Source of the DNA: Octopus sinensis
Lineage: Eukaryota
Direction: 5' to 3'
Length of the DNA stretch: 64,000 nt
Assembly: GCF_006345805.1 (NCBI RefSeq)
Contig: NC_043020.1
Span: forward strand, 18,538,001 to 18,602,000
Shown here: piece by piece, positions 12,640-24,121 of the stretch
How positions within the stretch are numbered: position 1 is the first letter of the stretch
Layout of the letters: every line of letters starts with the position of its first letter
Program-made: the position numbers and the translations under genes
The notes under the pieces: generated by a model
Told to the model about the DNA's origin: nothing
Database searches by the model: none
The model's input: the letters and a program-made list of their open reading frames with translations, nothing else

Positions 12640-12924
12640 TTTAATTGTTGCTGTCTGCAAAGGATAGAGTTTAACTAGAACTGACTTTCCGTCAGTTACG
12701 ACGATGGGGGATTCCAGTTGATCCGATCAACGGAACAGCCTGCTCGTGAAATTAGCGTGCAAGTGGCTGAGGACTCCACAGACACGCGTAACCTTAATGT
12801 AGTTCTCAAAGAGATACATCAAGGCCCGAGTTCCACAGTCAACCGTCTTTCCATCTAACGGAGTTTTTAACCCAATACTCACATGCTATTATTTGTAATC
12901 TACCTGGAGTTCCACCGTTATCTT

Positions 12925-13310
12925 TTATCTTTTACTTGATTCAGTCATTTGACGGCGGCCATGCTGAGGCATCGTCTTGAAGAATTTATAATCGAGTGTA
13001 TAGACCCCAGTACATTTTTAAAGCCTGGTATTTCTTCTTTTTTTTTGCCGAACTGCTAAGTTACGGGAATATAAACGCACCAAAACCAATTGTTAAGTGG
13101 TGGAGGTGGGGGGGGGGCAAACACAGACGCACATACATAGATGTATATATATATATATATATATACGACAAGCTTCTTTCAATTTCTGTCTACCAAGTCC
13201 ACTTACAAGGCTTTGGCCAGCCCGAGGCTATAGTAGAAGACGCTTGCCCAAGGTACCACGTAGTGAAACTGAACCAGGGAACCATGTGGTTGGGAAACAA
13301 CTATTCATTT
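12925..13310 (-). mobile_element. Composite tRNA-derived SINE family A (head/body - internal microsatellite - tail module)
   Basis: TTCCCAACCACATGGTTCC...GGAAATTGAAAGAAGC, then (TA)n, then CACTTAACAATTGG...GTAACTTAGCAGTTCGGC...CAGCATGGCCG...TGACTGAATCAAGTAAAAG. Confidence 0.8.
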
Positions 13311-13503
13311 TATGTCTCTTGAAGTTTCTAAATTTACATGACGTAAGCAGAAGGAATTAAAAACTCAAATGATCTTGCTTGCTGTAAGCAGTGAGAAACT
13401 GGCTAAATTTTGCCTACCTTTCCTATGGAGTCCAAGCCTTTTCAAGCCTTTCAAGATCTCTTTTCGCTTAATCCACCTGTTATATCCACCTAGGATTATT
13501 CAC

Positions 13504-13537
13504 CAATCATATCGTCCCCCAATTCAGCATTTCTGGC
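13504..13537 (-). CDS. Probable 34-nt exon of the coiled-coil gene (phase 0-1), or an alternative terminal exon if read through to TAA
   Basis: tcttttctcAG acceptor; ARNAELGDDMI continues the heptad pattern (KKLK-ARNAEL); donor G|GTGAAT is weak. Confidence 0.5.
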
Positions 13538-13649
13538 CTGAGAAAAGATATGAATGTATATATATGAATGTGTGGACAAAGTGCACTCCAGGAGTTTTAA
13601 GACTGTTTCAGGAAAGACATTTATTAATTTCAAAGAAGTACAAAACAAT

Positions 13650-13945
13650 AAAATTCTTCAAAGTAGGATCTTCTGACTTCAATGTAGTTTTAGCACTTCG
13701 GTCACCTTGTGAGGGTCTCTTGGAAGCCTAAAGTGATGATGTCCAGAACCCTTGTCACAACCTCTTTCATCTCAATATCCTCAAAACGATTGCCCCTAAG
13801 GTTCTCCATCTTGATAAGCAATTAAATGACACCGGGAGCAAGTTCTGGAGTGTCGGGAGGACGAAAGACAGTTTTGATGCTAATCTTTGTCAAGTAGTTG
13901 ATCACCAGGATGGAATTGTAGACTGGTGCAATGTGATGTTCATAC
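13650..13945 (-). mobile_element. Degenerate mariner transposase 3' fragment
   Basis: Minus strand [17 protein letters not shown]...PPDTPELAP...[21 protein letters not shown], resembling the HDNAP...PPYSPDLAP region. Confidence 0.65.
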
Positions 13946-13963
13946 TCGTCTACGAGTTGACGC

Positions 13964-14280
<317 letters not shown>

Positions 14281-14386
14281 TTTCCATACTTACAGTTGAA
14301 AAAGTCTCAATGACTGAAACCGGTACGGAAATGTTTTTTATAAAATTATAAAATTATTTTAGCATTTTCTATCTTGACTTCACCCC

Positions 14387-14417
<31 letters not shown>

Positions 14418-14426
14418 ATATATAAT

Positions 14427-14458
<32 letters not shown>

Positions 14459-14459
14459 C

Positions 14460-14491
<32 letters not shown>

Positions 14492-14540
14492 TTTGTTTCT
14501 TGTATCAGCTCAGAGCTGTGGCCATGCTGATGCACCGCCG

Positions 14541-14599
<59 letters not shown>

Positions 14600-14717
14600 A
14601 TATATATATAATATATATATATAATCAGTCAGTATTTTATATATCCGAAAAAGAAACACACATCATTAGATCAGCAGTATGTATGGAAGGTGTTTGTTAT
14701 GGCTGGTATTTACTTAC

Positions 14718-14840
14718 TTTTAATTTCTTTACTTGCTCTTGCAAGTAGAAGCAGTCTCTAGAATTCTCTTTGTATCGTGCCACGTCTTTCTCAAGATGTG
14801 CCTTTGCAGCCAGTAGGCTTTGTATTTGGGCGTGGTCAAG
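14718..14840 (-). CDS. Internal exon of the coiled-coil gene (phase 0-0)
   Basis: tttcttacttctaaatacAG acceptor; 123 nt encoding LDHAQIQSLLAAKAHLEKDVARYKENSRDCFYLQEQVKKLK; GTAAGT donor. Confidence 0.8.
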
Positions 14841-16414
14841 CTGTATTTAGAAGTAAGAAATATATAAGAAATTGTAATATGGTCGGAAGGAGGTTGCTTT
14901 ATATTTATGAATGTAATCTATTATTACATTAATATAGAAAGTATTACAAGAAAAGCAATACAAGAAAAGGAACACTCAGATGAAAAGATGTATATGACAA
15001 GTGCAGAAAATCATCGTCAGAAATTCAACATTTGGGTTAATTTTTACACATCAACATATATTCTTGTTGCCGTGGTGTTTTGGTACTTAATTGAGCTGTA
15101 TTTGTGGGCTGTGTTCACGGAAGGCTCCAGTCAGGGACGTGCCGTCTAGGCAGGCATGATAGACAATGCCTACCTGGAATAAAATAGATCGATATCAACA
15201 TTCTCCTTTTATGGCAAAATATGCACCTAATTCAATAAAATTATGAAGGTTACTCTGTCTACTATGCATAAAATGCAAAATATTTTATCTTTTTATAGAT
15301 TAGGTAGGCATAATTCGTCCCTGCATTTCAGTCTCAGTATTTAAGCTATGCACAATAATGCTGTAGCACACATGTCGCGTACATTCATACAAGAACGTTT
15401 TCTTTACGTGCTATAAAGGCAGATTTAAATCTGCCTACAACTCAATCGTGCGTCTGTGTTATGCTTATTTTTGTGTGTTTTAGTACATAAAGGTTACCAG
15501 CTGCCAACCCTGAGTAATTACTGACGGCTCGTGCCTGGTTCTAGTCATGCTGCCAAACTAATCACATGAACAGCAGCTGTTGATTAAACCAAAATTGGAT
15601 TTTGTACACAGTCAACTTGTGATTTTTGTGTGGTAAAACGTCTGGTCGAGCCAAACTGTTACAAAATCAACTTCATTTTAAAAAACAAAAATTAGCTGCT
15701 ATTGTTAATGGGTCTTCTTAAAATGACATGCTGCTATGTTGCAAAGGGAGAAATATTTTGGATATTGTAGCCTTAGATACGTGGTAACAAACTGAAAGAT
15801 GAAATAGCATGGATAAAAAAGATCTTTTTGTTTCGGTCATTGGACTGTAGCTATGCTAGGGTAGCATCTCAAAGAGTTTTAGTCAAACAGAATGATCTCA
15901 AGTACTTATTTTTAAGGCCGGTATTTTTTGTATCAGTTTCTTTTGAAGAACCGCTGGATTATGGCGACATGAACAAACCAACATCAGTTGTCAAACATAC
16001 ATACATACATACATACGTACGTACATACATACGTACGTACATACATACGTACGTACGTACATACATACATACGTACGTACAAAAGAAAGAGGACATCTAT
16101 AGACAATTGATAACAAGTTTACAAATCCAGTACCCTAAATACGCTTTCAGCTTTCGTACCCGTTATTATTGGAGTAACAGAGTACGTACCGGCGCGACTG
16201 GGGATAAGTATAGCTGAACTTAGGATCTTGGGGAGAGAATGCAAATCCTTAATTCATATGCTGCAAATGATCATGATATCTGGAACTATAAAAATCTGTA
16301 AGGCCTTCTTAAGATTTAAACAATGATGGTTAAATCAAAGCACTTTCCTTCACAGCCTGGCTAGCAAGAAGGTGGCCGACCAAAAATTACTCTAAATTAA
16401 AAACAAGAAAGAGA

Positions 16415-16526
16415 AAAACATACATACATGCATACATGTATGCATGCATACATACATACATACATACATACATACATACATACATACATACATACATACA
16501 TACATACATACATGCATGCATGCATG

Positions 16527-16558
<32 letters not shown>

Positions 16559-16900
16559 CATGCATGCATACATACATACATACACACACATACATAATAC
16601 ATACATACATATATACATACATACATGCATGCATACATACATACATACATACACACATACATACATACATACATACATACATACATACGTACATACATAC
16701 ATATATACATACATACATATATACATGCATGCATACATACATACATACACACACATACATAATACATACATACATATATACATACATACATGCATGCATA
16801 CATACATACATACATACATACATACACACATACATACATACATACATACAACATACATACATACATACATACATACATACATACATACATACATACATAC
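16415..16900. repeat. (TACA)n array with higher-order internal duplication
   Basis: Direct inspection; a CATG-containing variant block is repeated twice. Confidence 0.9.
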
Positions 16901-17039
16901 CACGATATCTGGGACTATAAAAGTCTGCAAGAACTTCTTAAGATTTAAAGGATGATAGTTAAAACAAAATACCTTTTTTCACAACCTTGCTACCAAGTAG
17001 GTAGTAGGTCAAAATTTACTCTAAATTAAGAGAAAGAGA

Positions 17040-17129
<90 letters not shown>

Positions 17130-17165
17130 TACATACGTACATATATACAGCTATTAACCACTAAC

Positions 17166-17304
17166 CTTCTTTCTGTTTTCTTCAGTTCTTTTAGTCTGTG
17201 CGAGTTCTAGTTCCAAGTCAGAGATGTAAACGCTTTTCGCCTCCAAATTTGTCCTCAACGCAGCTATAGCTCTCTTCAGGAGGTTATCAGCGTTATCAGC
17301 ATTA
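17166..17304 (-). CDS. Internal exon of the coiled-coil gene (phase 2-0)
   Basis: tttcattacAG acceptor; 139 nt encoding NADNADNLLKRAIAALRTNLEAKSVYISDLELELAQTKRTEENRKK; AAG|GTTAGT donor. Confidence 0.8.
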
Positions 17305-17589
17305 CTGTAATGAAATCAGAATTTACAAATGAATGGAAGCCTGTGATGGTAAGCTTCAGAACTGTAAAACCAGCAAATGTGGTTGTTGTTGCTTAGTCTG
17401 AGGTCAGGCTCGATCCAACGGACCAATGGTCAAAGTATGAGTATCCTGTCTTTATTTCCCAATCACATGGTTCTGGGTTCAGTCTCACTGCATGGTATCT
17501 TGGGAAAGTGTCTTCTACTTTATCCTCGGGCTGACCAGAGACTTGTGAGTGTATTTGGTAGACGGAAATTGAACGAAGCCTTTTGCATG

Positions 17590-17620
<31 letters not shown>

Positions 17621-18419
17621 GTGTGTGTGTGTGTGTGTGTATCTGCGTGTGTGTGTGTGTGCGCCCGCTTGTGTGTTTGTGGTTGTGATCCCTTCCTGCT
17701 CAATCGATGCAACGGCAACGGCAACGGTGTTGGAGTGTTTGCATCCTCACAACTTAACAGTAAAGCAAAAGAGATTGATGAGATAAGCACCGTAACAGCC
17801 TTTAAAAAAAATGCACTTTTTGAGGAAGCCCTTCATGTTTGCTCCCTCAGCATGGCCACAGTCTAATGACTGAAACAAGTAAAAGGTGAAGGAAAAGAGT
17901 TAAAAATACATACTATTATATTGAAAAGAAAAGGTGGACATGCAGGCGAAGGAGTTGCTGTGTGGTAATGTTTTAGAGAAGCAAAAGTCGGCGGGCGCTT
18001 TTCGTCTTCTCCCATCCTTATCATCCTTGTTTCATCATTTATCTCATTAATGTCCGTGTCCATCCCGCAAACTTCCTTTCTCTATGTACTGCCTTTATGG
18101 TAAATTTAATAAAATAAAGAAGCTTGGTAGTGAGCATGATTGAATTGCGATTTCTATGTGGCAAAACGCGGGATCGAATCCAGTGCTGTACAGGATTGAT
18201 ATAAAAAGTAGCAACTGAGGATGGAGGGATTAGCAGAACTGCTAGAGGATTAGGAGAGCTGCCTTGTGGTTTTGTTGGCTCCAGCTCTTTATGTTTTGGT
18301 AACACTGGTATCGGCTTGTCTTTGAATAAACATTAATAGTATGGAAAAGGAAAACTTGCACCCATGGGCAACTATTAACTTCATTCAAAACATTTTCCCC
18401 AGGCTTTCATATGTAACTT

Positions 18420-18810
18420 TATTTTTTATCTTCTGCTTGTTTCAGTCATTAGACTGCGTCCATGCTGGAGCATTGCCTTGAAGAATTTTAGTCGAACAAA
18501 TTGACCCCTGTACTTTAAGTTTTTAAAGCCTGGTACTATTCCATTGGTCTCTTTTGCCGAATCACTAAGTTATGGGGATATAGACACACCAACACCATTT
18601 GTCAGGAGGTGGTGGAGAACAAACACAGACACACACACATAGATATACATATATACGTATACGCACGGATCTTTCAGATCCACTCATATAGCTTTGGTCA
18701 TCCTTGAGGCTGTAGTTGGAGACGCTTGCCCAAGGTGCCATGCAGTGGGACTGAACTCGGAACCATGTGGTTGGGAAGCAAGCTTCTTTCTACGCAGCCA
18801 CGCCTGAACC
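18420..18810 (-). mobile_element. SINE family A full copy
   Basis: Head GGCGTGGCTGCGTAGAAAGAAGCTTGCTTCCCAACCACATGGTTCCGAGTTCAGTCCC with A- and B-box-like motifs, plus tail module. Confidence 0.85.
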
Positions 18811-18862
18811 TATGTGCAACTGAATGTTCAATATTGACTAATGGAAGCCTTACCCAATAATA

Positions 18863-19428
18863 TTGGGTTGTCCGTAAAGTTTGAACCGATTTTTAAAAGA
18901 ATAAAAATGGTCAATAAATACTTGCCATTACATTTTTAATCAACCAAATATGAACCATTTTGTTGCACAATGCGTCTCCATCTTTCCTTTAACTTAAAAA
19001 TACACTCTTCCCAGAATTGAGGTGGTTTCATGGCAAAGAATTCATCGAGGTATCTTTTTACGTCATCCAAGGAATTGAAATTTTTACCATTAAGACTATT
19101 CTGCAGAGACCTGAATAAGTGGAAATCCGAAAGAGCAATATCTGGTGAATATGGAGGGTGGGATAACACATCCAAGCCGAGCTGCAGCAATTTTTGTCTC
19201 GTTCCCAAAGCATCAAGTGCCGAAAATGAACTTTCTTATCTTCCATTTTAAAGGGTTACAGAATTAACACAGGTTATAGGAACATAAACCTTCTTCCACG
19301 AAAAGATAGCATAAACTGTGCTCTAAATGGAGGTGTAGTCAAATCCTATTTTATGGACTCAACCATGTTCTAAAATAAGACGAAAGGTAAGCTACTATAA
19401 ATCGGCACGAACTTTCCGGACAACCCAA
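18863..19428 (-). mobile_element. Internally deleted mariner element
   Basis: TIRs TTGGGTTGTCCGTAAAGTT / AACTTTCCGGACAACCCAA, TA on both sides; transposase C-terminus HPPYSPDIALSDFHLFRSLQNSL. Confidence 0.9.
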
Positions 19429-19441
19429 TATTTATACTTAC

Positions 19442-19566
19442 ATCAGTTCATTATCTTGGATTCTAACCAAATCTACAAGTTCGCGAATATCCTCTTCATC
19501 TTCTCCCTGCTTTGCTTTAGCGGCCTGAAACTTACTTTTGAGTCTCTTAATCGTTGTTAGCAAACG
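19442..19566 (-). CDS. Internal exon of the coiled-coil gene (phase 0-2)
   Basis: gtgatttcAG acceptor; 125 nt encoding RLLTTIKRLKSKFQAAKAKQGEDEEDIRELVDLVRIQDNEL(I); GTAAGT donor. Confidence 0.8.
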
Positions 19567-19951
19567 CTGAAATCACATACATCAATATCTTAGGTTATCT
19601 CACAAAGCATAATTTCATTTATTTTGTCATTTAAACTGCAGCCATGCTGGAGCATTGCCTTATAGGTTTTTTTTAAATCGAAGAAATCGACTCCAGGATT
19701 TATTCTTTGTAAGCTTAATACTTATCCTATCGGTCTGTTTTGCCGAACCGCTAAGTTACGGAGACATAAACACACCAACATCAGTTGTCAAGCGATGGTG
19801 GGGTACAGAGACAAAGACACACACACACATGAATACATACATACATACATACATACATACATACATACATACATACATACATACATACATACATACATAC
19901 ACACACACACAGACACACATACATACATACATACATACATACATACATACA

Positions 19952-19982
<31 letters not shown>

Positions 19983-19983
<1 letters not shown>

Positions 19984-20314
19984 AAGGGGTTGGACAAAAT
20001 AATGGAAACACCTTACAATTTCAAAACAAATTTATTTTAATATGAGGTAGGACCGCCTTTGGCAGTAATTACAGCTTGAATTCTACGAGGCATGGACTCA
20101 TACAAAGTTTGAATTGTTAAGAAAGGAATTTTTGCCCATTCTTCAGCTGAAACAGTCTCCAGTTCTTGTAGAGATGATGCTGGAGGATTTTGACTCCCTA
20201 CTTGGTTTTTCTAAAATGCCGCATAAATGTGCATTTTATGATATTGATATCTGGGGACTGTGCTGGCCAGATGAGATGTTTAACTTCACGAGAATGTTCC
20301 TCATGCTATTCAGT
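19983..20314 (-). mobile_element. Tc1 3'-end fragment of the same family as 44570-45565, interrupted by a SINE
   Basis: GGTTGGACAAAATAATGGAAACACC terminus and colinear similarity to 44570-44890. Confidence 0.8.
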
Positions 20315-20463
20315 AAGAAGCTTGCTTCCCAACCACATGGTTCCGGGTTCAGTCCCGCTGCGTGGCACCTTGGGCAGGTGTCTTATACAATAGCCTTAGG
20401 TCGACCAAGGCTTGTGAGTAGATTTGGTAGATGGAAACTGAAAGAAGCATGTCGTATATATAG

Positions 20464-20553
<90 letters not shown>

Positions 20554-20703
20554 TACATATCACACACACCCACACACACACAAATATATGTATATAAAGT
20601 TAATCCAAACAAGAAAAAAAAAGACAACAACGCGAGGATGTGGAACAATAGAATATATATATATTATATTATATTATATATAATATATATATATATAACA
20701 TGT

Positions 20704-21208
20704 TATATTTAGGGCTAAAAAACCACTGGTGGATAGCCTATGCTAGAGAAGATCACATATGATCTAACTACAAAGAAAGAATGTTCTCCAGAGAAAATTC
20801 AGCGAACATTAACTGCATTAAATTATCTGCTGCAGAACTGCTTCCGGAATTTAGCGCGCCAGAGCTCAGACATTTGAAAATAATCCCAATGTAATCGGTA
20901 AAACTAAGCACGTGTCCGGTTTTATATAGAAAACTAGTGTTTAGTTTTTCAAATTATATTGAATGTGGAACGATCGTACTGATGAATCTACGGACGAAGG
21001 ATTACGTAAGTAATTTATTCGGTAATAAGAAGAAACCGGTATACGATTAATTCTTGATTTTTATATAATTTTCATCTGTCTTGCCAGCCTATGTTCTGGT
21101 GTTCGCTAAATTTTCTCTGGAGAACATTCTTTCTTTGTAGTTAGATCGTATGTGATCTTCTTCTAGCATATGGCTATCCACCTAGTGGTTTTTTTAGCCC
21201 TAAATATA
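20704..21208. repeat. Inverted repeat with ~105-bp arms and ~290-bp spacer
   Basis: 20704-20808 is the reverse complement of 21100-21208. Confidence 0.9.
20972..21048 (+). ncRNA. Type I hammerhead ribozyme motif in the IR spacer
   Basis: Stem I ATCGTA/TACGAT, CTGATGA, degenerate stem II, GAAA-CCG-GTA. Confidence 0.5.
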
Positions 21209-21322
21209 CACATGTATTGAAATTTTTTCTGATTTTTCATATTTTTTATATGCTAGGCTACTGGTTTTAAATTGATATTAATTAAATTAATATTCAATTT
21301 ATCTCCTCATTATTAAATGTTA

Positions 21323-21420
<98 letters not shown>

Positions 21421-21428
21421 AGATATAC

Positions 21429-21462
<34 letters not shown>

Positions 21463-21497
21463 ATATATAATATATAATATATATATATAGTATAATT

Positions 21498-21528
<31 letters not shown>

Positions 21529-21896
21529 TAATATATCGACCGGTTTCGCTATCGCAATTCATGATATTATGTTTTATACACATTTGAATATGTATGTATG
21601 TGTGTGTGTGTGTGTTTGTCCTCCCACCTATTACCATCACTTGATAACTGGTGCGAGTTTGTTTATGCAGCCGTAACTTATTCGTAACTTTTTCGTCACT
21701 AGTTCGGCATAATAGACCGATAAAACAAGTACCAGGCTTTTATAAAATAAGCACTGGGGTTGATTCCCTCGACCAAAAATTCCTCAAAGCAGTGCCCCAA
21801 CATGGCCGCAGTCTAATGACTGAAACAAGTAAAGGATAAAAAAATATATACACATGTGTACAGCATAAGTGTTTGTTAGAGAAATGTCTCAAGCTT

Positions 21897-21936
<40 letters not shown>

Positions 21937-22013
21937 AGGGAGAGAAAGAGGGGAGAGGGAGAGAGAATGGAGTGGGAGCATGAATTTTGCTTTGACAAAA
22001 CACAAATGGCAAC

Positions 22014-22139
22014 CTTTTTGTTTTTTGAATGTCGTTCGATTAACTGTCTCTGCTGTTCCTTGTTCCCTTTCTGCAAGTCATTCATCTTCATCAAGTATTT
22101 TTCATGAAGACGTTCGTACACTTCTTTCAGTTTATTTGA
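22014..22139 (-). CDS. Internal exon of an unidentified coiled-coil protein gene (phase 0-0)
   Basis: tatttcAG acceptor; 126 nt encoding SNKLKEVYERLHEKYLMKMNDLQKGNKEQQRQLIERHSKNKK; AAG|GTTGCC donor; chains in phase to the next exon. Confidence 0.75.
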
Positions 22140-22767
22140 CTGAAATAATTAAATAGAAGAAAACCAGAAGAAGAACAAAGCAGAATTGTATTTTTTTATA
22201 ATGGAGAAGCAGACAATCACTCACTCACGCACTCAATCAATTAATCATGTATTTTGTAATCAACGGCATTATTGCTTAAAGCTTTCTGCTAGTTTGATCT
22301 TTAGTCCACTGCCTTTCCGATATGGTGCGCATGCAACGCATGCAGAATAAAATTTAAAAGGTATTCTTGTTTGATAAAACTGGTTTGTTGGCAATTTTTT
22401 CTCACCGTGTAATATACTCTGTGTTCATATTATTAACGACGTAATACTTTTTATTTTATTTAAAAATTACTCGTTGGAATTTAACGAAATTGTCTCAGTA
22501 TTATGGCAACAGTTATATACGCGAGTTGTGTGAAAAAACCTGAGGTTCCGTAAAACAACACAGAAACTACGGCCATTTACCAAATTTCCGTAAACTTTCA
22601 TTGTTTCAAATTATTAACGAAGTGTAAGTAAAACTCATGCAAACAAGAAAATACCAATTTAATTGTTTGAAGCAGACTGAACTGAACACATACAGTCATA
22701 AACATGGAGAAGAAATAGAAATTAACAAATAAAGAACGTTCAAAAATGAGAAGTGAGCTGATTAGTA

Positions 22768-22867
22768 NNNNNNNNNNNNNNNNNNNNNNNNNNNNNNNNN
22801 NNNNNNNNNNNNNNNNNNNNNNNNNNNNNNNNNNNNNNNNNNNNNNNNNNNNNNNNNNNNNNNNNNN
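22768..22867. other. Assembly gap (100 N)
   Basis: Run of N. Confidence 1.
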
Positions 22868-23040
22868 CATAAATATTATAGTGGCGTCACGTGATTTCTG
22901 GGCGAACATAGTTGTAGCATTTTGTTTTTATAAGACCACTCACCTGTATTACACGGGTCGTCATAGTGATATATATATATATATATATATAATATATATA
23001 TATATATCTATATATATATATATATATATATATAATAATA

Positions 23041-23075
<35 letters not shown>

Positions 23076-23080
23076 ATATG

Positions 23081-23147
<67 letters not shown>

Positions 23148-23672
23148 CTATATATATATATATATATTATATATATATATATATATTATATATATTAATA
23201 TAAGGTAGCTACCTGTATATGGATGAGTTGGAGGCGGTGTGAGGGAATTTATTGGTGAGCGCTGGGGAAGACGTATGTAAGTAGATAAAAATCGAAATTA
23301 AAAAATGGAGAATATAGCTACTGTATTTTAGAGAATATCACGTGACAAGGGGCAAATATGGTGGCGCAATTTTGTAGTAATTGTTATTGTAGTTGTATCT
23401 TCTTTTACCTAGTTTCAGTCACTAGACTGCGGCCATCCTGGAGCACCTCCTTGAAGGAATTTTAGTCAATTCAATCGACTCTAGTACTTCTTCTTTTTTA
23501 AAATCTGTTAGTTATTCTATCAGTCTCTTTTGTCGAAATGCTAACACCGGTTGTCAAGCGGTGTGTGAGCGAAGGGGTCAGAGTGGATCACAGAGACACA
23601 AAGACACGTATGCGGGCGCATATATATATATATATAATATATATATATATATATAATATATATATATATATC

Positions 23673-24121
23673 AAAATAAGCAACAAGGATATCCAAAGGT
23701 AATGCAGTACGATTGTTTCATGCAACTCTATTTAATTGAACAATGCAATCATTACATCAATTTAAAATGTAGAGCAATCTTCAGCTGCACAAAGACATAG
23801 AATTTATTTAAATTAGAACAGATGGACACATTAGTATAATTATACCTAAAAGCTCCAAGACGTTAAGGAGATAGACAAATAACATGTTGTACCTACAACT
23901 GTATAGTCGACTAGGTACATGTTCTTTGTCTATCTCTTTAACTTCTTGGAGATTTTAGGTATAATTATACTAATATGTCCATCTGTTCTAATTTAATTAA
24001 ATTCTATGTCTTTGTGCAGCTGAAGATTGCTCTACATTTTAAATTGATGTAATGATTGCATTGTTCAATTAAATAGAGTTGCATGAAACGATCGTACTGC
24101 ATTGCCTTTGTTGCTTATTTT
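23673..24121. repeat. ~450-bp near-perfect palindrome (two ~210-bp arms)
   Basis: AAAATAAGCAACAA...AACATG arm is the reverse complement of CATGTT...TTGTTGCTTATTTT, with few mismatches and an 8-nt indel. Confidence 0.95.
24014..24102 (+). ncRNA. Type I hammerhead ribozyme motif (mirror copy on - at 23702-23790)
   Basis: Stem I GTGCAG/CTGCAT, core CTGAAGA, bulged stem II, GAAA-C-GATC-GTA (minimal palindromic stem III, GUA triplet). Confidence 0.6.

Noticed and set aside
17914-18081. Cassette exon of the coiled-coil gene (RKEVCGMDTD...FNII, GTATGT donor)
   Set aside because: Open only in phase 0-0, whereas its intron requires phase 2-2, and all phase-2 readings hit stops.
18780-18810. Bona fide tRNA genes in SINE heads (families A, B, C)
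   Set aside because: A/B boxes are present, but there is no closed cloverleaf and each continues into SINE body sequence in many diverged copies.
22014-22139. Assignment of the coiled-coil gene to phospholipase C beta
   Set aside because: One exon aligns loosely with the PLC-beta C-terminal coiled coil, but the next three exons do not and no catalytic-domain exons were found; generic heptad similarity.
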